64,000 nucleotides of DNA, from the NCBI GenBank assembly GCA_964106645.2, contig OZ067041.1. One strand, 5' to 3'. This DNA is from Podarcis pityusensis. Taxonomy: Eukaryota. A program made the translations under genes and the position numbers. This document shows positions 52,395 through 64,000 of the stretch, one piece after another (position 1 is the stretch's first letter; every line of letters begins with the position of its first letter). The notes beneath the pieces were generated by a model, which saw only the letters and a list, made by a program, of their open reading frames with translations, did no database searches and was not told the DNA's origin.

Positions 52395-52532
52395 CTGTCA
52401 GTTCACTTGTGCTAAATGCGGTGTAGGTTGCATTAAAGCCATTATAATTTTCAGCGTAATCTGTAACAAATTCTACAGTGGCTTTATTAGAAAATATGTA
52501 AATTGTACCAGGATCAGAACCTGAAAGAAAAC
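52395..52532 (-). CDS. TMPRSS15: Enteropeptidase exon 9 (CUB1 end)
   Basis: ttgtag|GT TTT...ACA G|gtaag; GFLSGSDPGTIYIFSNKATVEFVTDYAENYNGFNATYTAFSTSELT; a second in-frame acceptor would start the exon at 52520. Confidence 0.9.
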
Positions 52533-53444
52533 CTACAAAGGAAGAGATGGCAAAGATATCTAAAGGGTATAATGCCGCATACATGCAAATAATCCAAATC
52601 AGTAGTCTTCAGTTTACAGAAAAGTGAGCCCAAACACTTATGCTTTTTCTACTATTATCCATTTGTATACCTAAAAATGAATGGAGTTGCTCATATTCAA
52701 GCATCAAGCTGTGAGCAAGATTACAATTTGCCATTGAATTTTTTTCTGCCCTCATAAGAGTTTGAAGTATTATCCTAGAATATATCGGATTATCCTCTAG
52801 AATCTCATGATGAAAATAGACAGCAATTTATAATTAGAATTAGAAACACCACTGACTTGTAACTTCATGGAAAACAAACAAATCATTTATATGACATTCA
52901 CATGAAGAGTTCAGCATTATTGTGGCCACTGGTTCCCCATGGCTTTGGGCATATCGTAGTGATTGACTTCTGCATAATCAGAACCTCAATTAGCAGAGGC
53001 TTTGCATGTGGTTAGAAGTGCAACCTGGAATGCTTTTAAGCAGAGATCCTGCAACAAGTGTTGTGCTTTCATCCGCAGGAAAAGCCATAAGCTGGACATT
53101 GCATTTATTATAATAGCAATTCTTACTTCTCTTAGAACTTTTGGAAAATGCAAATGGGACACATAACAAAGGTGTGATCAACTGAACTGACTAGCACATT
53201 TGCAATGGCCACAATGAAATTGTTGAAAGGAATGTACACAAGGTGCTATCTCCTCCATTCAGCTGAATGGGGAAGCCTGCTCATGAAAAAAAAATCCCTG
53301 CGTATCTTGAAACACAAAACTCTGGATGAAGAGCATCATTCTCACCACATGGGATTATTATAAAACATTGCATTGTAAAAAGAAAAAGGTGCCTGGTTGC
53401 TGTAAGTATCACAGATTTAAAACAGTATTAAAAAGGTGTCTTAC

Positions 53445-53554
53445 CTCTTAAAATCTTTCCTGGGCCTACACCTTCATAAATACTTAGTGTGTCTGCATAC
53501 TGTTGTGTATCAAAAGCACTGAAATTCAGCTTAATAGACAGTTCTTGATTTACA
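53445..53554 (-). CDS. TMPRSS15: Enteropeptidase exon 8 (CUB1)
   Basis: ttctag|T GTA AAT...AGA G|gtaag; VNQELSIKLNFSAFDTQQYADTLSIYEGVGPGKILR. Confidence 0.94.
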
Positions 53555-56500
53555 CTAGAAGGGGCAAAATATTCTGTTAATAGCTGCGTGGTTGCTGAAT
53601 GCAGTAGACATAATACACAGAAATGTGAGGACATATCTTGAATCAAATCCCCTCCACCCAGCCCGCAGCAATTTTACTTTGTATTGCAAGCTAAGTGCTG
53701 GAAAAATGCTGCTCATGTAAAGGGTATTGGAGCTCTGTCCAGATGTTCAAATAGTTGCTTGCACATTTTATTTACTTACTTTATTGCTTTCCACCCCACC
53801 TTTATTCCCAAAGGTGCTCCTTGAATTGTATCCAAGAGAAGCAATTCAGGGATAGTTATATTTTGAAAATTACACACTTCATTTATTTATATTTAGGAAA
53901 GTATTTATATACTGCCCAATCATAAAATACCAGAGTGTTGTACAGCAATATGAGCACATTAAAAAACATTTAAAACTGTGCAAAATGATGATTGAAATGA
54001 CTGGCTAGTGGCTACTCAAGAAAATGTTAAACAACTACATAGGCCTGGTGGGATAAAACAATATTCAACTTGTTTGAAAGTCAGTGTCTGCTGAATCTCT
54101 GTTGGAAGAGTGTTTCAAAACATGGGGCTGGAGACTGAATGCTCAACTTCTGATTGAGGCCAGTTGGGCCTCTGTAGCATGGCGGACAAGTGGTTGACAT
54201 CCCATTCTAAACAGACTAATTTTGAAGCAAGTCCTAACGAATTCTATGAGCCACCTAATTTAGGATTGCAGTCTGAATCTGAATCCTGTTTAACTAAACT
54301 TTCTCTGTCCCCCCCCCCCCAAGTTTGTGCAAATCTAAGTATAAGTTGCTGATTTGTATAACAAATAAATATAAGCATTAATTGTGCATTATCTGCTCTG
54401 AAAGTTCATGGCAATTTTTAAATTATTTGTTGGAGAGTATTGTTTAGATTATATTTTGTCAACTTGGAATTTAAGGCAATGAATTTAAGAAATCTGGTAA
54501 TACTATGGCCACTTCACACATTACCACGTTAGCAAGTGTGCTACATATGATGACAATGTATCCTGTAAAATGGGAGAAGATTGCAAATTTATTTGAGCAA
54601 TGCATGCATCCTGGGTGGAGCTGGTCTATACAAAGTATATATGCAATGTACGCAGAGTTTTTAAAACAGGATACATTTTATCATTATACCTAGGAACTTG
54701 CACTACATCCATTATGTAACATGAAATGGAACTATACACACACACCCCTTTATTTTAGAGACATGCACGTTCAGAAAATGACATAAATCTGCTCCAGGAT
54801 GTCATGTATCCCAATCTTCTGGAGCAGATTTTGGGGGTGTATGAGGGCCATAGGGGAAAATTCAGTTATGCAAGTGGAACTCTGTAGCATGAACAGAACA
54901 ACAGTGCTGGAAACAATGCATAGTAATTTTTGTAAATAAACAGTAGCATCATCTCAGAAACAGTCCTCATTTCCATTGTCATTTCCTCCTCCTTTTAGAA
55001 ACTAGAAAATGTGGAATACTCAGGATGTGAATACAAACTTCAAACTGGCAAACTGTTTTGAATTTACTAAATTACCTCCCCCCCCCCCCCCGGTTGCAGT
55101 TCCCAAAAGGAATTGCAGTATTTGACCACAACCATTTCAACATGCTTGTCAGAATCAATTTGGAAAGTGCAGTAGAGCACATTTTTAATGCAAGCTGTAA
55201 TCCTTTCTATTTATTCTTTTGTTAGCACTTGCGTAGATAGAAGAAGCATAGAAAATTATATCTGACAATAAGAAAGCTCAAGGAAAACGCTGAGAAAAGT
55301 AACTCAGTAAGGCATATTTGGCTAATTTAATATGATAGGGTAATTTGACAACAATCAAGTTATTTTTCTACATTTATTAAAAAGAATAACAATATTATAT
55401 ATTTCTGTTCAGGAAAGAAGCACAAAATTGGATGAGGAAATGGAAAATCTTCATAAAAGCTTAAGTCAGAAGAAAGCAACAAAACAAAACAAAACCCTAA
55501 CAGATCATCTTTGTCCTGCTTCTGATTTACTTTTGAATCACTGACAACAGCACGTGCAGGAGTTCAACATGTTTATATCATCATTCAAGGACAGGAAGCG
55601 TTTGAGTAATTTGTTGAATCCTTCCACAAATATCCCACATGCCACTCAGCTCCTTCAAAATACTGTATACCCCTCCAGTTTGGCTGGAGAAGAGGACTGG
55701 GGTGGAAGGGGAAGAAAACACCTAGGATATTTCATCCTATATCCTGAGCTTGTGCTTGTTTTCCCCACCCCTCAGGTATTTAGCTGGGAGATTGAGACCT
55801 AAGGGACTCTCATCCATCAGCCAATATTGGCCCTATATTGGAAAAAAACATATCCCTCCGCTGCAAACAAGACAAGCAACAGCTGTACTTTGGAGATCTA
55901 TGTTCATCAGTAAGCCTCCCCACCCCCTGACCTATGAGGTGCTCCTAGAGATGTGTCAGTAGTCTCTGATGGTGACAACAGTTGATAGTTAGGTTATTAA
56001 GGAAAGAAAAGGAAGTCATTTGTTGCATGAAACAATGTTAATTGACTGATGCATAGAAGCAGGTAAACTGGATGCAACCCACCCTGAGGTTATGCATCAA
56101 GACCAAGGCCGGCCCAAGACATTTTGACGCCTGAGGTGACCACAAGATGCCTTCCTGCCAGAGAAGAAGGCGTGAGTGAAGATTTACACCAGGAACCAGG
56201 GAGAGTGTGTGCGTACATATGTGTTGTGATCTACATTGGAAACAAGGTTGGGAGGAGACCAGCAGCACCTCCTATTCACCTGTTCACTACTGCAGAGGTG
56301 CAGGGCTGCTGAGGAAGTAGCAAATCTGGCCTCCAAGGAGTGCACTGCAGCTGTCGCTTGGAGGCCAGATATGTTGCCACTGTAGATTCTGCTGCACAAG
56401 GCAGTTGCCTCACCTTGTCTCAGAGATGGGCTGTCCCTGATCAAAACAAGGAGGGAAGCTGGGCACGTTGCAGACAGTGGGCTGCTCAGTGATGGCTCAG

Positions 56501-57035
56501 TGCCTGTGGGAATCACCTTGAGGAGGAGACAACACAGAAAATGGCCCCTCTGGGGTTTCCCCTTCTGTGATGCCATTGGGGGCCAAGAATTGCACCCCCA
56601 TGAAGTTTGCAGATAGGTGGAGGAATGATCCCGAGTGAAAGAGACCTCCGGGTATAGGTTAGTATAAAAATTCAATAAATAATAATAAATAATAAAAGAC
56701 AGGGGAGTGAAGATATTCCAGGGTGAGAAATGCAGAGGGAAGAAAGGCCCCTAGGTGAGAGCAGAGAGGGCATATTTCCTAATGTTTTATTTATTGTTTA
56801 TGACTACTTTTATGTTGTAGTTATTTTTTAATGTTGCAAGTCGCCTTGAGCATGGTTTGTACTATGGAAAGGTGGCATCTAAATAAAATTATATACCGTA
56901 TGTATGTAAATAACTTATTGGTGCATATTATGCCCCGCATTAACTGGAGTGTATAAAAAACATTGTTGAGAAAAAAGTGTTTGCATTTTATCTGCAAATA
57001 CAGTCTAGTTGATAAAATGTTGTCAAGTGACTTAC

Positions 57036-57144
57036 TGTATAATCCATCGGCAAGCAAGGTTTGAAATATATGGCTCTGGATAATGAATAGAGTGGAAAGA
57101 TCCAGTGGAGCCAGTCAAAATAAATTTTCCATCACAGGATGTAG
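57036..57144 (-). CDS. TMPRSS15: Enteropeptidase exon 7 (CUB1 start)
   Basis: ttacag|CT ACA...ATA CA|gtaag; ATSCDGKFILTGSTGSFHSIHYPEPYISNLACRWII. Confidence 0.94.
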
Positions 57145-57759
57145 CTGTAAATAAATAATAATTATCTTTTCAAGAAATTCAGTCTCAGAAAGAGATTGCT
57201 CCAGTCCTTGATTATAAAGAACAATTGTACTTTGTTTTCCAACTATATTGTCTCAGTAACACATTATGGGAAGAGGAAAAGCTTCACAGCTTGAGATAAA
57301 TTTGATTATATTAGCAGACAGAATATAGATTTGGTATTCCTCATTTTATTTTTACTGTCTTGAAGGGGCTAGGTTTCTTGTTTCCAGGGCTCCCCCTTAT
57401 ACATTAAATTGATTTCTGGAGCAGGAAAAATTACCTCACAAGTCAGCTGCAACCATTATTCTAAGACAGCAATAGTAATTCATCCACTGCTGCAGTTAGA
57501 GTCTTCTTTCTGGACATGCCTCAACTATCACTGGCACCATTGCAAGGTCTGGTTAGATAGAACTCGGTATACTAGAGACATGGAGCTCATTCTTATGAAG
57601 GGCCAGCCATACCTTTAGCCACAGTCACAGAGTCATGTCAGGCAGCAGATGGTGGGAAGTGGTGTGGTATTCGAGAGAACTGTTTTTGTGCCACTTGCTC
57701 TGCTCTAGCTTTCTATCCTTAAATTCAGTAGGAGATGCTATTCCATCACTACAGTTGAT

Positions 57760-58057
57760 GACCCCATCTGCACTATACATTTAAAGCCGTATCATACCAC
57801 TTTACACAGGCATAGCTTTCCTCAAAGAACCCTGGAAACTGTACATTGTTCAAGGTGCCACAATGCCCAGAGTTTCCTGGGAAGGGTAACTGACTGGCAA
57901 AGCACTCTGAGCTCTGTAGTTCAGTGAGGGGCATGGGGTCTCCTAAATAATAGCTCTCAGTGCCCTTAACAAACTACACTTCCCAGGCTTCCTTGGGGAA
58001 AGCCATGACTGTTTAAAGCATTTGATAATGCTTTGAATGTATAGTGCAGATGGCGCC
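57760..58057. mobile_element. Palindromic Harbinger-like MITE
   Basis: ccatctgcactatacatttaaagc ... gctttgaatgtatagtgcagatgg long TIR. Confidence 0.78.
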
Positions 58058-61000
58058 TTAGATTCAACTAATCTAATAGAATGGGGGAGAGTGCCATCTT
58101 GTCTTTTGCCTCAGACAGCAAAAATCCTCGTGCTAGCCTTGTGCCCATGAGGTAAATCCTTGTGTTGTGAATGTGAAGAAATACAAATCTGGTCACTTTT
58201 CTCCCCCAAGGGAGACCAATCTCTGGCCAAATGAGTTCAAATGCTCAGAGCATATTTTGTTTTCGCTTCTTTGTTGACTCATTACAGCAATCCAAGCACA
58301 TTTTCTTGAATTTGTCCTTAGGATAATGAGGAAGGGTGTACATGTCTTCACAGCCAATCCATGATAACCAAGATATTTTGTTGACAGGTAGTTTCAGATA
58401 CAATATTACCCCTCTTCAGGCATTAGTAAATGGTGACAGTAAACATGCAAGGGAAGGCATTGGGGATGAGTGTGCTAGCATTAGTCATTTCGCCCCTCAC
58501 TGTTTTCATAGCCTTCATGGAAGATGACAATTTGAAGCTGACACTCTTTGGTATCCATGGGGGCTCCCCCCACATTTTACAACCCTGATTTTGTGTCTAC
58601 GTTCACTGTTTAACAATGCCTGCAGAGGGTGATTAGTATAAATAGTATATAGCTGTTCAAATTTGTTGTGTTTAGACTTAGCTGACATCTCTGTCTTACA
58701 GTCATACAATCCACCACTTCTTTTAAATAAAGTAACAACTTAATAATAATAAAAAACACTTTAGATTTCCCATATACCTCTGTCCTCTTTTAACAAAAAA
58801 ATCTTTTAGTACCATGACTACTTCTACTATGATTACTACCTGAATTTCAGTATAGGACATGGTTCTCACTTTCTGAAGTTGAATGGGGACAATGGTAGAG
58901 TCACTTCATTGCATGGCGATTTTATCATTAAAACTAGGGGACAGAGGGTTGCAGTGTCACCTGTTGTCTGCATTTCAGCTGAGAAGCTAATTGATTTCAC
59001 TGAACTCTGACAGCATCAGGAAGAAACTGTTAGAATTACGCCCTTCCTGTGCTGTGGCTTTATACCTCTAGCATATGCGGAACTCAGTAGCACTAAAGGG
59101 AATTTTAATGGGGACCGGATAGTGTTGGACATAGGTTCTTTTGTGGACAAGAGTAGTTATAAAATGACTATAAATCCTGTTGTAAATTTTTCCAAACTTC
59201 ACAGGCATCTATTATGGAAGAGGTACTGCCCCTTTGGTAATGGGAACCAAGTGAAAAATCACAGACCTGGAAAACTTGGCCTGCATTCTGACAGTGTAAG
59301 TGGCTTGGTTCACCTCTTGATGGTCTTTCTGCTAACTCTGCTAGAAGAACTAAAGCCTGGCAGAACTCTTCCTCACTTCCAACTATAAGACCATAAAAAT
59401 AATGGTCAAAATGTCACACTGTTATCCCAACAGAAACCTATTCTCCTAAATTTTGTGGAGGGCAGGTTTTATCTACTTTTATTATTATCATCACCACATT
59501 TATATAACACCTTTGCTCCATGTTGCCAAAGGTAATATACCCACTTTTCTTTCTATTCATTTTATCATCACAACTATCCTGCAAAGTAGTTTAGGTTGAG
59601 AGATAGTGCATGGCACAAGGTCACCCACTGGTCTTCACAGGTGAGTGTGACTTTTAATCCTGCTCTCCCAGGTCCTAATTGAATACTCTAACTGCTGCAC
59701 CATGCTGGTTCCTTTAGGGAAACAATGAGCTGAAACAAACACTTTGGCTATGTAGTATGTTAGCATCTTATGCACATTTAACTTGTGCCATTTCAACCAT
59801 CTGTGGCTGAAGGCAGGCTGGTTGAAATTCTCTTGGGGTTACCTGCTGCAGAATGACCTTAAAAGCTCTTTTCACATCAGGTAACTCAGCTCAGGGGGCA
59901 AGGCCCGCTCTGACTCCCAGTTCTAGGATGCTCTCGCGAGATCTTGAGGGGCAATCTGAGTTCCAGTATGTGAACGTTCTTAGGCTTCCAGAGCCAGTGT
60001 GCTGAGATGGCCTTGCCTGGCAAACAAGTCAGTGAGCTTTAAAAGCTCTTTTCATGCCAGTTGAACCAAGCAGACCAGGCACAAAAACAGCTTTAAGCTA
60101 TTTGCCTGGTTTGCAGGGCACCCAAGCCCATTCAGCTTGCAAGATGTCCTTGAAAAATCTCGCTGGGTCATTTGAGCTCCCATGAGATCTTCTGAAAGCA
60201 TCTCTTGCCTTCCAGATCCAGCATGCTGAATGGGCAGAGAGCTTAAATGCTCCTTATGCACCAGGTATCCCCAAGTGGACCAAATGCCCCCCCAAGCTTT
60301 TAAACTTTCTGTCTTGCTTGCAGGGCAGGGCCCACTCAGCACACAGGATCTGGCAGTACTGAGGATTCTCTCTCCCCCCGCCCCCTCACATTCTAGCTGC
60401 TGGGTGGCTCCAAGTGTTTGATTATAGGTAATTTTCATGTATAAGCAGAACCCTTTGAACCAAATCCCCGCATAAGATGGGACCATACTGTATATGTATT
60501 GTGATGCAACATTTCAACAAATAAAAATAAGACATCCAAAGCTTTTGTACACTGAGTAATAGCAATAGTCCAATAACGTCTCCGACTGGCAGTAGCTCAC
60601 TCTGGCTCAGAGCTATTGGGTTTATTGAACTAGAAAGCTCAGAGGTTTATCACTGAACTGCATACATGCTAAGCATACCACGGGGATATAGAGCTAAGCT
60701 TAATTTTTCAATTCTATGCATATGGATTTTTCACAGAGTCCCACTAAGCTGAAAGCTGAATTCTATAGGTAGGAAATAGGGGAAAAAAAATCCTTGTGTA
60801 TTGGCTTAACATCTTTCAATGTTCCTACACTTGAGGCTGTGATATATTAATCTTGCATCTACATTGTTGACATACTAGGAAAGAGACTGTATTCATAATT
60901 GCTCCCTTGATGGTTTGTGAAGTTTTGTTTTAAATGTCAGGAAAAGAAATGGGTTAAATGAGCAGCTTGTGTACATGCTAGCTTCTTAACATCTTAATAT

Positions 61001-61385
61001 TAACACCAATGCTCTTGCTATATTGTCAACAGCAGAAACCTGAAATTTGAAAGAACAAAACAAATATAAATATTGAACATAAGCACCCATAGAGAAACAT
61101 GATATTGGAACTGGGGAATAATATTTGATCGCATGTAACTAGAATACTTCCTTAAGGCACTTCCTGTAAAGTTTTCCCTTCAGGGGCATCAACATGAGTT
61201 TGGACATAAGTGAACTATCTCATAACCTTTGTTTGTGTAAGCAAAATACAGCTCTGGGTTATGTGAATATGCTCAGAGTAGTTGTAGTGGCAGAAGGTGA
61301 AGGTGTGCTTAACCAGCTGTGTTAGGTACAAAGATTGAAGAATCAGATAGAAATACTACTACAAATAGTAGTAGTAGTAGTAGTA

Positions 61386-61586
61386 CAGTGGTACCTTGGG
61401 TTACATACGCTTCAGGTTACAGACTCCGCTAACCCAGAAATAGTACACCTCGGGTTAAGAACTTTGCTTCAGGATGAGAACATAAATTGCGCGGCAGCAG
61501 CGCAGGAGCAGTGGGAGGCCCCATTAGCTAAAGTGGTGCTTTAGGACCTCCAGAACAAATTAAGTACGTAACCAGAGGTACCACTG
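61386..61586. mobile_element. Tc1/mariner-type MITE (same family as 4391-4616, opposite orientation, internally deleted) inserted in a (GTA)n run
   Basis: ta|cagtggtaccttggg ... agaggtaccactg|ta; the internal sequence is the reverse complement of the 4391 copy. Confidence 0.88.
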
Positions 61587-62040
61587 TAGTAGTAATTCCC
61601 TGTCCAACTGGACCACTCTTGTTGGTTGGTTTGTTTAAAAAAATCCTGATCTCCACTGCTTTTTTTCCAGAAGGGGAAAAGAGACCTTCTATCATTTTCT
61701 TTACAACAGAAAAGCAGTTGTGGGAGCAGGGATTTTGACCGAGAAAATCATCTGCAGTGAAACAGTCAAGCATCTTTCTACCACTCTCTCATTCAAATTT
61801 CTAGCCCTTCCCTGGTTGTAATAACTAATAACAACCACCGCTAGACTGTTCATGCGTCTCCCATGCCTTCGCTAGTTTGGTGCTTAAAGTCCCAACTGCT
61901 GAAATGTGATTTATTTCCCCACCTTATCTGAATGCTCTGTTGTTGGCCTCCTGATATTGAAATCTCAACACAAACAGTCATCATACAGTTTCAAGAAAAC
62001 AACCCAACTATCCACCATAGACTGGCTTGCACATGAAGGT

Positions 62041-62224
62041 AGGAACATAGGAAGCTGGCTAATGCTGAGTAGGAGCATCTAGTTCAGAACTGGCTACACT
62101 GACTGACAGTGGCTCTCCAGGATTTCAGGCAAAATGTTTTCCCAGCCTTACCTGGAGATGCCAGGGATTGAACTTGAGACTTTTTATATGCAAGGCAGAT
62201 GATCTACCATTGATCTATGGGCCT
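62041..62224 (-). mobile_element. tRNA-derived squamate SINE
   Basis: - strand B-box gttcaatccc, tail cttcctatgttcct; related copies at ~9721-9829 and ~63365-63530. Confidence 0.7.
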
Positions 62225-62999
62225 TTCCCTTAAGAATGGGCTGGGAAACGGGAGGTAGACTTATAAGGTAGAACAGACTACACAAGGAATTATATTTCTT
62301 AATCTTTCCCTGAAAATCAACACGAAAGCAGAAAAACACACACAGTAGTGACTGAACTGGGCTACACCAAAACCATCCCCAATCTTGCCACCCAAAACAC
62401 CTCATCTGTGCCAATACTACAACTAGAATACCAATGGTGGGGTGGCAAGGGCAGCAGAGGCCTCCATGCTTATAAAATGGAGGCATCAACCGGAGACCTC
62501 CTTCTCCTCCTGTGGATCCACATGCTATCATATAGTCTCCAAGATGTCTTCCATGGAAGACCATCTCATCTTACATATGCAGCCCGGCTTTTCACTTCTA
62601 TTTCTGTCTATTGTAGCCTCTGTCTGAAAGGAACCAGACCAGACTGAGGATATGAATACAATATGAATTTAGAGCAGTGAAAGCTGGATCTTTGTTTCAA
62701 AGCAACACCATATCTTAGCCTTTTAGTTGGCATAAAACAGCTATTCATGGTTAATTGCATAAATCTTTTTGTAGTCAGAATATTGCTTTTCTGTAGTATT
62801 TCACGTATAATTTCTTTATCATTATTCTTTTATTTTAAAAACTGGTAACTCAAGTTGCAAGAATTTCTTTCCCCTGGTGGGTTAAAGAAATAATATTGTA
62901 TTACCTTCCACATATTGTATTACCTTCCACACAACACTGCATGATGTTGAGAGAGTCTGTAAAGGGTCAGAAGTTAATTGAAGGAACTCAAATTCTTAC

Positions 63000-63119
63000 C
63001 ACATGTTTTTTCATTTTCATCAGAACCATCTGGGCAGTTTGGTATTCCATCACAAAATGATTCTCTTCTTATGCAGCTTATACCATCAGCACAAAGCTCA
63101 TCAAGAGGTAAGCATTCTA
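63000..63119 (-). CDS. TMPRSS15: Enteropeptidase exon 6 (LDLA1)
   Basis: ttttag|TA GAA TGC...TGT G|gtaag; ECLPLDELCADGISCIRRESFCDGIPNCPDGSDENEKTC; TAGTAG acceptor makes the start 63119 or 63116. Confidence 0.92.
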
Positions 63120-64000
63120 CTAAAATAAGTTTTTAAAAGGAAGATGACATTATTCAGAAAGTTGCTTTGATCATACACAGTTTGTTGTTTAGATTGTGCA
63201 CCAGTTAGAGATTTTTGAAATATTAAGTTACATATCAAGCTTTAAAATAAGTAAATAAATATAGCAAGGGTGGTCTGGGATGCCCAATCCAAAATACAGT
63301 ATTGACAGTGTTCTCTATACTTCCAGTGCAAACTTTACAGTGTACAAACCTGGAGCAAAAGGCAGACATGCATTCTTCTCCCAGATGTGCTACTCTAGTC
63401 TTTCCAATAAGATTGCTAACTGGCCCTTTAACAGCAGTTTGGTTCTGCAGCAATCAGGAGGTTAAAATGTTTAGCTGTGAAGGATTGAACCTAGGACTAC
63501 ATCAGTTTTACCCCTGAGTTACAAGCCCTCCATCCACTTAAGAGAACTTTGTGCCTTCATACTATTCTGTGAGCCCAATATTACCAGTGTCAGAGACTGA
63601 TTAGAAGTTCTGAGATACTTCAAGTAAAGGCATAATAAATCCTGTGAAAATAATCAGTAGTAGTCTGCAAAAACTCAAAGAGCTTGAGTTTTATTGACGC
63701 TAGAAACTGTGCTTATAAAGGACAAGTGTAAGTCCTTTTGGAATTAAACTTCAGAAAACTAAACCACAACGCCATCTACTGGGAAAAGAAAATGTGCTTT
63801 CTTCCATTACTGATTCTCTTTCCAAGTCCGAATAACAAGCATATCCAATCATCAACCTTTTTAAGCACAAATGTTCCTTACTTGTTCCTAATATCCACTA
63901 ATTGGTACAGACACTGGTTACTGAAATAAGTGTATATTAGTGTAATGTGGCAGAAAGTGCTGCTCATAATTTGAACACAACCTTTTAAAGCCTTATCTGC

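Noticed and set aside
62893-62930. 19-bp tandem duplication near the exon 6 donor (similar small duplications at ~7598 and ~51558)
   Set aside because: Ordinary slippage duplications outside splice signals.
63882-63920. 39-nt exon-like segment (ttcag|...AA|gtaagg) as TMPRSS15 exon 5
   Set aside because: Open only in phase 2-2, incompatible with the phase-1 start of the LDLA1 exon; not Ser/Thr-rich as expected.

Overview
Vertebrate genomic DNA, most likely a squamate (lacertid-like lizard, inferred from the repeat landscape). Two genes lie tail-to-tail. CHODL (chondrolectin, + strand) has coding exons 2 to the end at 8923-15026; exon 1 is upstream of the window. It also has a candidate extra 48-nt exon and an alternative terminal exon. 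TMPRSS15 (enteropeptidase, - strand) has 20 phase-consistent exons (vertebrate exons ~6-25, 63119 down to the stop at 16941) encoding LDLA1-CUB1-MAM-CUB2-LDLA2-SRCR-serine protease, with an intact catalytic triad and one GC-AG intron. The introns carry Tc1/mariner, hAT and Harbinger-like MITEs, tRNA-derived SINEs, CR1/L2 fragments and solo-LTR-like elements. Two items stand out. (1) A fully open 417-codon retroelement-ORF1-like frame in TMPRSS15 intron 17, which has an in-frame phase-1 splice acceptor and a signal-peptide-like start. (2) A complete 2.15-kb, TSD-flanked, poly(A)-tailed, RT-less retroelement with a single 196-aa ORF in intron 13. All family assignments come from recall of motifs, not database searches. 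Exon numbering follows the recalled mammalian gene structure.
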